A stretch of DNA of 64,000 bases from contig CALRRR020000012.1 in NCBI GenBank assembly GCA_943370645.1, forward strand, positions 7,852 to 71,851, in the 5' to 3' direction. Every line of letters starts with the position of its first letter. Position 1 is the first letter of the stretch. Positions 17,544 through 26,565 of this stretch are shown here, one piece after another. The position numbers and the translations under genes are program-made. The notes under the pieces were generated by a model. That model searched no databases and was not told the DNA's origin. It saw nothing but the letters and a program-made list of their open reading frames with translations. This DNA is from Hydrogenophaga intermedia (GTDB taxonomy: Bacteria > Pseudomonadota > Alphaproteobacteria > Rhizobiales > Beijerinckiaceae).

Positions 17544-18611
17544 ATGGCTGACGAAAAGGATGATGACGACAAGACAGAAGAGCCGACACAGCGAAAGCTG
17601 GAAGAGGCCATCAAGAAGGGCGACGTTGCCAAGAGCATCGAACTCAACACGTTCTTCATCCTGGGCGGGTTCACCCTCGCGATCCTGATCGCCGGTGGCC
17701 ATGCCGTGCGCGAGACGGCGCTGAGCATGCGCAGCTTCCTGATGAATGCCCATCAGGTGCCGTCCAGCGGGATGACCATGCAATGGGTCTCGGCGCGCGG
17801 CTTCGGCGAGGCGATGCTGGCCTCTGGCGGGATCTTCGGCATCGTGATGGTCGCGGCGCTGATCGGCTGCCTGATCCAGCACAGGCCGCTGTGGACCTTC
17901 GAGCCGATGACGCCGAAGTTGAGCAAGCTGTCGCTGATGCAGGGCGCCAAGCGCATCTTCGGCAAGGAAGCCATCGCCAACTTCATCAAGGGCATGCTCA
18001 AGGTCGTCATCGTCGGCACGGTGGTCGGCGTTGTGCTGTGGCGCGAGCATGACCGGCTCGACGCCTTCACCCGCATGGACATCGCCGCCATCCTGCCAGC
18101 CACCGCCACCATCGTGATCAAGATGATGATTGGTGTGCTGGCGATCTATTTCTTCGTCGGCGTGGGCGACTTCGTCTACCAGCGCTTCACCTGGATGAAG
18201 CGCCAGCGCATGACCCGCGAGGAGCTGAAGCAGGAATACAAGGACACGGACGGCAACCCCGAGATCAAGGCCAAGCTGCGCCAGATCCGTACCCAGCGCC
18301 TGCGCCGCAGGATGATGGCCCAGGTTCCGGAAGCCACTGTGATCGTCACCAACCCGACCCACTATGCCGTCGCGCTGAAATACGAGGCCGGCATGGACGC
18401 GCCGATCTGCGTGGCCAAGGGCGTCGATGCGATGGCGCTGAAAATCCGCGAAGTGGCCAACGATCACGACGTGCCGATCATCGAGAACCCGCCGCTGGCT
18501 CGCGCGCTGCACGCATCGGTCGATCTGGACGAAACCGTACCGGTGGAGCACTACAAGGCTGTGGCAGAGGTGATCGGTTTTGTCTTGCGCACCCGGCGCA
18601 GGCGCGCCTAA
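17544..18611 (+). CDS. flhB: Flagellar export switch protein FlhB
   Basis: 355 aa with the N-terminal DKTEEPTQRKLEEAIKKGDVAKS and the autocleavage motif NPTHYAVAL. Confidence 0.92.
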   Translation: MADEKDDDDKTEEPTQRKLEEAIKKGDVAKSIELNTFFILGGFTLAILIAGGHAVRETALSMRSFLMNAHQVPSSGMTMQWVSARGFGEAMLASGGIFGIVMVAALIGCLIQHRPLWTFEPMTPKLSKLSLMQGAKRIFGKEAIANFIKGMLKVVIVGTVVGVVLWREHDRLDAFTRMDIAAILPATATIVIKMMIGVLAIYFFVGVGDFVYQRFTWMKRQRMTREELKQEYKDTDGNPEIKAKLRQIRTQRLRRRMMAQVPEATVIVTNPTHYAVALKYEAGMDAPICVAKGVDAMALKIREVANDHDVPIIENPPLARALHASVDLDETVPVEHYKAVAEVIGFVLRTRRRRA

Positions 18612-18685
18612 CTGACGGTGCAGGCTCGCTTTGCCCCGCGATGCGCGAACCATGAAGACTCCCAAGGCATGAAGGCTCGCACGGA

Positions 18686-21235
18686 ATGACGCAGGCAACC
18701 AAGGAGCAGCAGGTGCGCAAAGGCCAGCCGGTCACCGGCGGGGCTGCCATCGACCGGTCCGACAAGCCGGGCAGCATCGGCCTGCTGATGCTGGTGGCCG
18801 GCACCATCGTGGGGGCCGCCATTGCGCTTGGCTTTCTGGCCAACGAGTGGGCGCAGCCGCTGATCCTCGCGTTCCTTGCGCTGTTGTCGGTGATCGGGGT
18901 GTTCTGTCTGTTCGCGCTGTCGATCGGGCTGATCCAGTTCTCCGGGCGCTCGGGCCGCAATGACCTGACCCGCACCATCGTCGATGAGGCCGAGGATGGG
19001 GTCATCGTCACCGAGGCTGACAACCGCATCATCTATGCCAACCGGGCCTATCAGGCCCTCTCCGGTGCCAGCACAGTGGCGGATATCCGGCCGGTCGAAC
19101 GGCTGTTCGCAGGTGGCTCCGATGTCTCGGAGGTCGTCTACCGGCTGGCGCTGGCGGCGCGCGAAGGGCGCTCGCAGACCGACGAGATCAGGTTGTCGCC
19201 GCCGCTGACCGGCAAGGGCGATGCCGGCTGGTACCGGGTTTCGGTGAGCATGACGACGCGCGCCGACGGCAAGACCGCGACCTTGTGGCGCGTGCGCGAC
19301 ATCACGCGCGAGCGCATCGGCCAGGAAAACGTCTTTCAGGAACTGCAGCAGGCAATCGACTTTCTCGATCATGCGCCTGCCGGCTTCATGTCGATCGATC
19401 CGGATGGCTCGGTGCCCTATCTCAATGCCACGCTGGCCGGGTGGCTCGATTACGATCTGGCCAAGGTCGGATCGGGGGGCTTGCTGCTGAAGGACATCGC
19501 GCCGCTCAACGCAGTGGCGCTGGTCTCGGCGATCAGTGGCAAGCCGGGCGAGGTTCGCACGGAAGTGGTCGATGTCGACCTGCGCCGGCGCAATGGCCAG
19601 TCCGTGCCGGTGCGCCTGCACCACGAGGTTGCCTTCGGGCAGGACGGAACGCCGGGCGCGTCGCGGACGCTGGTCCTGAACCGCACGCCGGGTGAGGCGG
19701 GTGCTGATGCCGGCACCGCTGCCGAGGCGCGGCTGGCCCGGTTCTTCAACAACACCCCGATGGCGATTGCCACCGTGGGGGCTGATGGCCGGATCGTGCG
19801 CTCGAATGCAGCGTTCGCGCGGTTGTCGGTCGGCATTCCCGCCACCGGGCTGCGCAACCTGATCCGGGACGCTGACTGGGCTGCGCTCCAGCCGGCGCTG
19901 AGCGCCGCCGGCAGTGGCAGCGCCGACATCAAGCCGCTGGACGTGTCGATCGTCGGGGAGGGGGACCGGTCGGCGAGGCTGTTCCTTGCGCCCGTGTTCG
20001 ATGGCGAGGGCGGCGAGGAAAAGGCCATTGTCTACGCGCTGGAGACCACCTCCGAGCGCAAGCTGAAGGAGAATATCGACCAGGCGCAGAAGATGCAGGC
20101 TGTCGGCCAGCTCGCCGGCGGCATCGCGCACGATTTCAACAACGTGCTGCAGGTCATCATCAACGCCTCGGATTTCCTGCTGGCCAGCCACAAGCCCACC
20201 GATCCGTCCTTCCAGGACATCATGCAGATCAAGCAGAACGGCCTGCGTGCCGCTTCGCTGGTGCGGCAGCTGCTGGCCTTCTCGCGCCGCCAGACCCTGC
20301 GCCCGCAGGTGCTGGAATACGGCGATGTGCTCTCCGACCTGTCGCTGATGCTGAAACGCGTGGTCGGCGATACGATCGGCCTCGACGTGCGACACGGCCG
20401 CGACCTGTGGCCGATCAAGGCCGATGTGGGCCAGCTTGAACAGGTCATCGTCAACCTCGCGGTGAATGCACGCGATGCGATGAAGCCGGGTGGCAAGCTG
20501 ACCTTGCGCACCCGCAATGTGACCGAGGCTGAATCGCGCAGCTTCAACTATGCCTCGATGCCGAAGGGCGATTATGTGCTGCTCGAGGTGGAGGATACCG
20601 GCTCCGGCATCCCGCCCGAATTGCTCGACAAGATCTTCGAGCCGTTCTTCACCACCAAGGATGTCGGCAAGGGCACCGGGCTCGGGCTGTCGATGGTCTA
20701 CGGCATCGTCAAGCAGACGGGCGGGTTCGTGTTCGCCGAGTCGGTTGTCGGGCAGGGCACGACCTTCCGCATCTTCCTGCCGCGCCATGTCGCCACCGCC
20801 GAGGAAGAGGCCGCCGAGGCCAAGGCCAAGATCGCCGCTGCCGCGCCCACGGCTGCGGTCGATCACACGGGGGCCGGCACCATCCTGCTGGTCGAGGATG
20901 AGGACGCCGTGCGCGCCCTCAATGCCCGCATGCTGATCAGCCGCGGCTACACCGTGATCGAGGCTGATTCAGGGGTCGCGGCCTTGCGCGAACTTGAAGC
21001 CCATGGCCGCGATGTCGATCTCGTGGTCTCGGATGTGGTGATGCCCGAGATGGACGGCCCGACACTTCTGGGCGAGTTGCGCAAGCGCAATCCCAAGACC
21101 CGTTTCGTCTTTGTCTCCGGCTATGCCGAAGAGGCCTTCAAGAAGAACCTTCCCGAGGGCGAGAGCTTCCACTTCCTGCCCAAGCCCTTCACCATGAAAC
21201 AACTGGTGGAGACGGTGAAGGCGGCGATGGGGTGA
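18686..21235 (+). CDS. cckA: Hybrid sensor histidine kinase / response regulator, CckA-like cell-cycle kinase
   Basis: 849 aa with 2 N-terminal TM segments and PAS regions. It has H-box [14 protein letters not shown], the ATPase motif [18 protein letters not shown], and a C-terminal receiver ([11 protein letters not shown]...[14 protein letters not shown]...KPF). The architecture and the HDFNN H-box match alphaproteobacterial CckA. Confidence 0.7.
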   Translation: MTQATKEQQVRKGQPVTGGAAIDRSDKPGSIGLLMLVAGTIVGAAIALGFLANEWAQPLILAFLALLSVIGVFCLFALSIGLIQFSGRSGRNDLTRTIVDEAEDGVIVTEADNRIIYANRAYQALSGASTVADIRPVERLFAGGSDVSEVVYRLALAAREGRSQTDEIRLSPPLTGKGDAGWYRVSVSMTTRADGKTATLWRVRDITRERIGQENVFQELQQAIDFLDHAPAGFMSIDPDGSVPYLNATLAGWLDYDLAKVGSGGLLLKDIAPLNAVALVSAISGKPGEVRTEVVDVDLRRRNGQSVPVRLHHEVAFGQDGTPGASRTLVLNRTPGEAGADAGTAAEARLARFFNNTPMAIATVGADGRIVRSNAAFARLSVGIPATGLRNLIRDADWAALQPALSAAGSGSADIKPLDVSIVGEGDRSARLFLAPVFDGEGGEEKAIVYALETTSERKLKENIDQAQKMQAVGQLAGGIAHDFNNVLQVIINASDFLLASHKPTDPSFQDIMQIKQNGLRAASLVRQLLAFSRRQTLRPQVLEYGDVLSDLSLMLKRVVGDTIGLDVRHGRDLWPIKADVGQLEQVIVNLAVNARDAMKPGGKLTLRTRNVTEAESRSFNYASMPKGDYVLLEVEDTGSGIPPELLDKIFEPFFTTKDVGKGTGLGLSMVYGIVKQTGGFVFAESVVGQGTTFRIFLPRHVATAEEEAAEAKAKIAAAAPTAAVDHTGAGTILLVEDEDAVRALNARMLISRGYTVIEADSGVAALRELEAHGRDVDLVVSDVVMPEMDGPTLLGELRKRNPKTRFVFVSGYAEEAFKKNLPEGESFHFLPKPFTMKQLVETVKAAMG

Positions 21236-21283
21236 GAGTGCGGTCGCAGATGGCTTGACTATGTAAAGGACAAAACACTTACG

Positions 21284-21940
21284 ATGCCCGTTCCCGCCCA
21301 GCCCAAAATTTACCACATCGTCCACTCCGACCGTTTGGCATCAATCATCGCGGACGGTTTCCTGTGGTCGGATGCGGCAATGGTTCAGCGCCAGGGCGTC
21401 GGCACAACGATTGGCATGAGCAATATCAAGGCTCGTCGTCTGAACGAGCTCAGCTTGAGCTGTTATCCGAACCTGCGCGTTGGGCATTGCACACCGTTCT
21501 ATTTTTGTTCTAGATCGGTGATATTGTACCTTATCTACCGAAGGAACGAGGAACTCACCTACAAAGGCGGGCAGGAACCGATCGTCCACTTCGAGGCTGA
21601 TCTCCACGCGACGATTGCTTGGGCGCAGCAGAACAATCGGCGCTGGGCGTTTACCCTGTCGAATGCTGGTGCGTATTACTTTGAAGACCGGTCGGACATC
21701 GCCCACCTCGGCGACATCAATTGGGATGCCGTTGAAGCGCGCCAATGGTCCGGAAATGGCGTTTCGCGGTCGGTGAAGGAAGGCAAGCAGGCAGAATTCC
21801 TGATTGAACATGCGTTCCCCTGGCAACTCGTTGAGCGGATTGGCGTCTTCTCGCAGGGATACGTGCAACCTTTATCGCAGGCGATGCAAGGCGCAGCCCA
21901 TAGGCCGAGGATCGAAATAAGAAGAGATTGGTACTATTGA
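21284..21940 (+). CDS. darT: DarT-family (DUF4433) DNA ADP-ribosyltransferase toxin
   Basis: 218 aa. The family-type motifs are KIYHIVH near the N-terminus, HCTPFYFCSRSVILYLIY, FTLSNAGAYY, and KQAEFLIEHAFPW carrying the expected catalytic Glu. A macrodomain gene follows 12 nt downstream. Confidence 0.8.
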   Translation: MPVPAQPKIYHIVHSDRLASIIADGFLWSDAAMVQRQGVGTTIGMSNIKARRLNELSLSCYPNLRVGHCTPFYFCSRSVILYLIYRRNEELTYKGGQEPIVHFEADLHATIAWAQQNNRRWAFTLSNAGAYYFEDRSDIAHLGDINWDAVEARQWSGNGVSRSVKEGKQAEFLIEHAFPWQLVERIGVFSQGYVQPLSQAMQGAAHRPRIEIRRDWYY

Positions 21941-21952
21941 GGGAGGATGGCG

Positions 21953-22990
21953 ATGATCGAGTTCAAAACAGGTGACATCTTGAGGGCGGACGCGGAAGCG
22001 CTCGTCAACACGGTCAACTGCGTCGGCATCATGGGCCGCGGCATCGCCCTTCAGTTCAAGAACGTCTTCCCGGCGAACTTTAAGGCTTACGAAGCTGCCT
22101 GCGCGCGCGACGAGGTGCAGCCGGGCAAGATGTTCGTGTTCGAGACGCAGACGCTGACCAACCCCAAGTTCATCATCAACTTCCCGACAAAGCGCCACTG
22201 GCGCGGCAAGAGCCGGATGGAAGACATCGACTCGGGCCTCAAGGCTTTGGTCGAAGAGATCCGCACCCGCAGTATTCGGTCAATCGCGATCCCGCCGCTG
22301 GGCAGCGGCCTCGGCGGGCTTAACTGGGCCGAAGTGCGCCCTCGCATCGTCGAGGCCCTGCATGGCCTCAATGACCTTCAAGTGATGGTGTTCGAGCCGA
22401 ACAGCGCCCCCGTAGGCACCAAGTCGCGCGAGGTTCCAAACATGACGGCGGGCCGCGCCGCACTCGTCGTGCTGATGCACCGCTATCTCGGCGGATTGAT
22501 GGACCCGTTCGTGACGCTGATCGAAGTTCAGAAGCTGATGTATTTCATGCAGGAAGCGGGCGAGCCGCTGCGCCTGAACTATATCAAGCACCATTACGGC
22601 CCCTATGCAGACAACCTGCGGCATGTCTTGACCAAGATCGAAGGCCACCTCGTGTCGGGCTATCACGACGGCGGCGACGCTCCCGAAAAGCAGCTTGAAC
22701 TCGTGCCTGGTGCGGTGAAGGACGCGGAGGCCTTCTTGAGCGACGACGGCGACACCAAGACCCGTTTCGACCGGGTAGGCAAGCTGGTTGAAGGCTTCGA
22801 AACTCCGTTCGGGCTGGAACTGCTTGCGACGGTCCATTGGGTCGCAAGTCGAGAGAGCGCGATAAGCCCCGAGGATGCTATCGCCAAGGTTTACGCTTGG
22901 AACGATCGCAAGAAGCGCTTTTCGCCGCGCCAGATCGGCATTGCGTTCAATACGCTTCATGAAAAAGACTGGCTGAACCGTCGACTATGA
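21953..22990 (+). CDS. darG: DarG-family antitoxin: N-terminal macrodomain (ADP-ribosyl glycohydrolase) plus a C-terminal toxin-binding-type domain
   Basis: The macrodomain signatures are GDILRADAEALVNTVNCVGIMGRGIALQFK and IAIPPLGSGLGGL. I prefer ATG 21953 (6 nt after GGGAGG) to the track start at 21947. The C-terminal ~190 aa contains EVQKLMYFMQEAGEPLRLNYIKHHYGPY. Confidence 0.85.
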   Translation: MIEFKTGDILRADAEALVNTVNCVGIMGRGIALQFKNVFPANFKAYEAACARDEVQPGKMFVFETQTLTNPKFIINFPTKRHWRGKSRMEDIDSGLKALVEEIRTRSIRSIAIPPLGSGLGGLNWAEVRPRIVEALHGLNDLQVMVFEPNSAPVGTKSREVPNMTAGRAALVVLMHRYLGGLMDPFVTLIEVQKLMYFMQEAGEPLRLNYIKHHYGPYADNLRHVLTKIEGHLVSGYHDGGDAPEKQLELVPGAVKDAEAFLSDDGDTKTRFDRVGKLVEGFETPFGLELLATVHWVASRESAISPEDAIAKVYAWNDRKKRFSPRQIGIAFNTLHEKDWLNRRL

Positions 22991-23009
22991 TCGACTGACG
23001 GTCGCCTTT

Positions 23010-23543
23010 TCATCCATCTAGAGCGCGCAACTCCCCAGCAAACCTTTTCCAGTTCGCCACGTAGCCGGCGGCGCTGGCTGTCAGCCTTGCGGCGGCGGCA
23101 TCATCGAGGGTGCGGATGGCGCGGGCCGGCGAGCCGACGATGAGGGAATTGTCGGGGAATTCCTTGCCTTCGGTGACCAGCGCATTGGCGCCGACGAGGC
23201 TGTTCTTTCCGATTTTCGCGCCATTCAGGATCGTCGCGCCCATGCCGACGAGGCTGTTGTCGCCGATGGTGCAGCCGTGCAGGATCGCGTGGTGGCCGAT
23301 GGTGCAATCGCTGCCGATGCTCAGCGGGAAGCCCATGTCGGTATGCAGCATCGCATTTTCCTGGATGTTGCTGCGTGCGCCGACCGAGATCAGTTCGTTG
23401 TCACCGCGCAGGACAGCGCCGAACCAGATGCCGACATCCTCTGCCAGCAGAATGTTGCCGATGACATGGGCACCGGGTGCGATCCAGAACCGGCCTGCCG
23501 GCGGCAATTGCGGAGCAAGGTCGGCGAGGGCGTAGATCGGCAT
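23010..23543 (-). CDS. Gamma-carbonic-anhydrase-like / hexapeptide-repeat (LbH) protein
   Basis: 177 aa, reading FWIAPGAHVIGNILLAEDVGIWFGAVLRGDNELISVGARSNIQENAMLH, with a repeated hexapeptide pattern. Confidence 0.8.
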   Translation of the reverse strand: MPIYALADLAPQLPPAGRFWIAPGAHVIGNILLAEDVGIWFGAVLRGDNELISVGARSNIQENAMLHTDMGFPLSIGSDCTIGHHAILHGCTIGDNSLVGMGATILNGAKIGKNSLVGANALVTEGKEFPDNSLIVGSPARAIRTLDDAAAARLTASAAGYVANWKRFAGELRALDG

Positions 23544-23575
23544 GGTTCGGGCTCCTTCGGCGCGTGGGTCGAGGC

Positions 23576-24499
23576 TCAGACGTGTGGCGATGATCTGGCT
23601 GACAAGGGCGTGATGGCGGACAGGAAGTCGCTGATCGCCGCGATGAAATCGTCATTGCTGTCACCGGCCACCATGTGGCGGGCCTTGGCCACATCGACAC
23701 TTGTCATGGTGCGGGCGACGGCGAGGAATTCCTGCGCCGCTTCATCCGTCACCAGTTCGCTGAAGGCTCCGCGCACCAGAAGGCCGGGGACGGCAAGCAG
23801 CGCCGCCTGACGCATCAGGGTGTCGCGCACCGCGTCCCACTCGGCATTGACCGAGCGCGGTCCATCGAGAAAGCGCGGGTCCCAATGCCAGCGCCAGCGG
23901 CCGTCCGGGTCATGGCGCAGGTTGCGGCGCAGGCCATCGAGAGAGGACGGGCGAGGGCGGTGTGGCAGATAGGCCGCGACGGCATCGGCGGCTTCCTCGA
24001 CGGATGCAAAGCCTTCTGCCGCGCGGGCCCGCATGAAGCCCTGGATGGTGTCGACGCCGGCCGGGTTCATCTGCGGCACGATGTCAACCATGCACAGGGC
24101 CGAGAACAGCGGGTCAGCCGGATCGTCGAGGGCAAGCAGGGCCGCGATGCCGCCGAGCGAGGCGCCGATCACCACTGGTTTCAGCCCGGTTTCGGCGCCA
24201 ATCTGGCGGGCGACGACCTGCGCATCGCGGGCGAAGTCCGGAAAGGCATAGGCCCCGTCGGCAGCCCAGTCGCTTGCGCCATGGCCGCGCTGGTCAAGCG
24301 CGATGACCTGCCACGAGCCGGCGAGGGCGAGGCCTGTCTTGCGCCAGGCATGGCGGGTCTGCCCGCCGCCATGCAGCAGCAGGGCACTGCGCTGCGCTGT
24401 GCCGTAGACCGTGGCCACAAGCTTGCCGCCATCCGCCCCGCGATAGCTGCGCTGGTGGCCGGTCCTGTCGGCTGGCGGGCGGCTGATCGTGTCGGTCAT
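23576..24499 (-). CDS. Alpha/beta-fold hydrolase
   Basis: Starts at ATG 24499 (MTDTISRPP...). It has LLLHGGGQTRHAW and the nucleophile elbow VIGASLGG. Confidence 0.7.
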   Translation of the reverse strand: MTDTISRPPADRTGHQRSYRGADGGKLVATVYGTAQRSALLLHGGGQTRHAWRKTGLALAGSWQVIALDQRGHGASDWAADGAYAFPDFARDAQVVARQIGAETGLKPVVIGASLGGIAALLALDDPADPLFSALCMVDIVPQMNPAGVDTIQGFMRARAAEGFASVEEAADAVAAYLPHRPRPSSLDGLRRNLRHDPDGRWRWHWDPRFLDGPRSVNAEWDAVRDTLMRQAALLAVPGLLVRGAFSELVTDEAAQEFLAVARTMTSVDVAKARHMVAGDSNDDFIAAISDFLSAITPLSARSSPHV

Positions 24500-24509
24500 G
24501 GGTGTCCAA

Positions 24510-25277
24510 TCATGGGCGACGTGCGAGGAAGTCGAGCACGCCTTGCTTGTGCGTGCGGTCGCCCACAGCAAGGTTGTGGTCCCGGCCCGGAATATCCAGA
24601 ACCTCGCCGTGAGGCAGCAATGCGGCGAGGGGTGCGGCAAGCCCCGCAATGTGATCGGCTGTGCCGACCGACACCAGCACAGGCACGGCGATGCGCCGCA
24701 CCTCGTCCTCGCTCAGGGTCTGGCGCGAGCCGCGAATGCAGGCAGCCATGGAGGGCAGGTCGCTGCCCGTGGCCTCGGCAAAGGCGCGGAACATGCGCTG
24801 GGTCGGGTCGGTCAGCTCGCTAACATGGGCGACCTCCATCGCATCCGCGATGCCGACCGGCAGGCCGACGCCATCGATGAGCTTGATGCCGAGACCACCA
24901 AGCAGGGCTGAGCGCACCCGGGCCGGATGGGCGAGCGCGAGATGGGCGGTGATGCGCGCCCCCATGGAATAGCCCATGACATCGGCACGGGCGATGCCGA
25001 GATGGTCCATGAGCCGGACCACGTCCTCGGCCATGATGGCAGCGTGATAGGCCGCCGGGTCATGCAGGCGCTCGCTCTGGCCGTGGCCGCGATTATCGAG
25101 CGCAATGACGCGGCGGCCATCTGCCGTGAGCAGCTTTACCCAGCCGGTATTGACCCAGTTGACCGCGTGGTTGGAGGCAAAGCCGTGGACGAGCACGATC
25201 GGTTCGCCCTTGTCCGGGCCAGTGGGCGGCACATCGACATAGGCGATGCCCACGCCACCAGAGGAAAAGCGCTGCAT
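24510..25277 (-). CDS. Alpha/beta-fold hydrolase
   Basis: Starts at ATG 25277 (MQRFSSGGVGIAY...). It has IVLVHGFASN and the nucleophile elbow MGYSMGA. Confidence 0.7.
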   Translation of the reverse strand: MQRFSSGGVGIAYVDVPPTGPDKGEPIVLVHGFASNHAVNWVNTGWVKLLTADGRRVIALDNRGHGQSERLHDPAAYHAAIMAEDVVRLMDHLGIARADVMGYSMGARITAHLALAHPARVRSALLGGLGIKLIDGVGLPVGIADAMEVAHVSELTDPTQRMFRAFAEATGSDLPSMAACIRGSRQTLSEDEVRRIAVPVLVSVGTADHIAGLAAPLAALLPHGEVLDIPGRDHNLAVGDRTHKQGVLDFLARRP

Positions 25278-25290
25278 GTTGACGGCCCGC

Positions 25291-26556
25291 TCAGCGCGAC
25301 TTGGGCTTGGCGGCAGCCACGCGCACGGCACCCAGCATTTCCGCGCTGGTCCGTGCCTTGGCAGCAGGCCTGCGCGCATGGCGGCGCACGCGCGTCTTGA
25401 GAGCTGGCTGGCGCTCCTTCTCGATGGTGCGGCCCACCCGTTCGACCTTGCGCATGACACGCAGGAAGTTTGCTCCGGCCAGACGCGATAGCACCTGCTC
25501 GCCATGGCCACGGCGGATCAGCTCGGCAAACAGGGCCGGATAGACCGAGGCATCCTCAAGGCCGACAGGCTGCGGGCCGCCATAGAAATCCCCGCCGATG
25601 CCAACATGGTCGGGGCCTGCGAGCTTGAGCAGATATTCGACATGCTCGCAGAACTGCTCCAGCGTGGCTGGCGGAAGCGGGCCAAAATCCGGCGGGTCGT
25701 CAAGGGCCGCGATCACGGCCGGGTCGGCATTTGGCCAATGCGCGCGCTTGATCTTCTCGATCCGTCGCCAGAGTTCGGGATTGATGAAGGATGGCACGAA
25801 GGTCGCCATGATGATGCCCTCGCTCTCGGCCACGGCCCTGATCAGGCTGTCAGGCGCATTGCGCGGATGCGGGCACAAGGCGTGGGCATTGGAGTGGGAC
25901 AGAACCACCGGTGCCCGGCTGGTCTTGACCACAGCGTGGGCGGCTTGCGGCGAGGCGTGGGATAGATCGACGATGATGCCGAGGCGGTTGAGCTCAGCCA
26001 CCAGTTCATGTCCGAAATTGGAAATCCCGCCCGAGATCGGCTTGTCAGTGGATGAATCCACCCAGGGCAGCGAGCCGTTGTGGCACAGCGTGATCAGCCT
26101 GACGCCAAGCTGATGCCACATGCGGATCGGGGCCAGCGAGCCTTCGCAGCCGACTGTGCCTTCCACCGACATCAGGGTGCCGATCTTGCCTTTGCGCTTG
26201 GCAGCGGAAATGTCCGTGGCCCGGCGGATTGGCATGAAGACGTCGGCATGCAGCGCTTCCATGCGCCGGATCAGGTCGATCTGTTCGAGGGTCACGGTCG
26301 CTGGATTGGCGATCTCGCTCGGCAGGAAGGCCGCCATGACCTGGACATTGACCATGCCGGCCTTCAGGCGCGGGATGTCGGTGTCGGTTTCCGGGTGGAC
26401 CTTGGTCAGGTCATAGGCAGCCAGATCGCCGCCAGATGCCTTGCGCAGCACCCAGGGCAGATCATTGTGGCCATCGATGAGCGGGGCCTTCCTGAGCAGT
26501 TCCACCGCCCGCTTGTAAGCCCCGTCCTTGCGTCCGATCTCACGTGCCAGTGCCAT
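25291..26556 (-). CDS. Membrane (renal-type, M19) dipeptidase family protein
   Basis: 421 aa with LIDGHNDLPW, ITLCHNGS and DLSHAS motifs. It has a basic C-terminal tail. Confidence 0.8.
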   Translation of the reverse strand: MALAREIGRKDGAYKRAVELLRKAPLIDGHNDLPWVLRKASGGDLAAYDLTKVHPETDTDIPRLKAGMVNVQVMAAFLPSEIANPATVTLEQIDLIRRMEALHADVFMPIRRATDISAAKRKGKIGTLMSVEGTVGCEGSLAPIRMWHQLGVRLITLCHNGSLPWVDSSTDKPISGGISNFGHELVAELNRLGIIVDLSHASPQAAHAVVKTSRAPVVLSHSNAHALCPHPRNAPDSLIRAVAESEGIIMATFVPSFINPELWRRIEKIKRAHWPNADPAVIAALDDPPDFGPLPPATLEQFCEHVEYLLKLAGPDHVGIGGDFYGGPQPVGLEDASVYPALFAELIRRGHGEQVLSRLAGANFLRVMRKVERVGRTIEKERQPALKTRVRRHARRPAAKARTSAEMLGAVRVAAAKPKSR

Positions 26557-26565
26557 TGCGCGTCC

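Larger units (their letters stand above)
21240..23005. other. Compact accessory insertion (the darT-darG module) with an AT-shifted first gene
   Basis: I hand-counted G+C in 60-nt blocks. Within darT the counts were 38, 32, 25, 34, 33 and 32 of 60. A cckA block (21001-21060) gave 39 and a darG block (22021-22080) gave 37. darT also uses many A/T-ending codons. The flanking gaps are only 48 nt and 19 nt. Confidence 0.55.

Noticed and set aside
16347-18698. A 783-aa minus-strand ORF spanning fliQ, fliR and flhB
   Set aside because: It is rich in Arg, His, Asp, Gly and Gln, which is typical of antisense frames in high-GC DNA. The plus strand encodes three unmistakable export-apparatus proteins, including the NPTH autocleavage site of FlhB.
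18608-20866. A 752-aa minus-strand ORF opposite cckA
   Set aside because: It is a shadow ORF. The plus-strand product has complete PAS, H-box, ATPase and receiver signatures, and the minus-strand product has none.
21255-21285. TTGACT ... TACGAT, a sigma70-like -35/-10 pair just upstream of darT
   Set aside because: The spacer is 19 nt, and the putative -10 overlaps the darT ATG itself, so a transcript from it could not encode the N-terminal KIYHIVH motif. Its geometry is inconsistent with a functional darT promoter.
21341-22960. Antisense ORFs within darT and darG (21341..21868, 21872..22198 and 22280..22960) as possible third components of the system
   Set aside because: They have no start context and no recognisable motifs, and they overlap the well-supported sense genes completely. 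They are treated as frame noise.
21257-22990. A 7-bp GACTATG string present at both edges of the darTG segment (21257-21263 and 22984-22990), considered as a possible target-site duplication
   Set aside because: It is too short to distinguish from chance. The right copy lies inside the darG coding sequence and stop codon, and there are no associated inverted repeats or recombinase.
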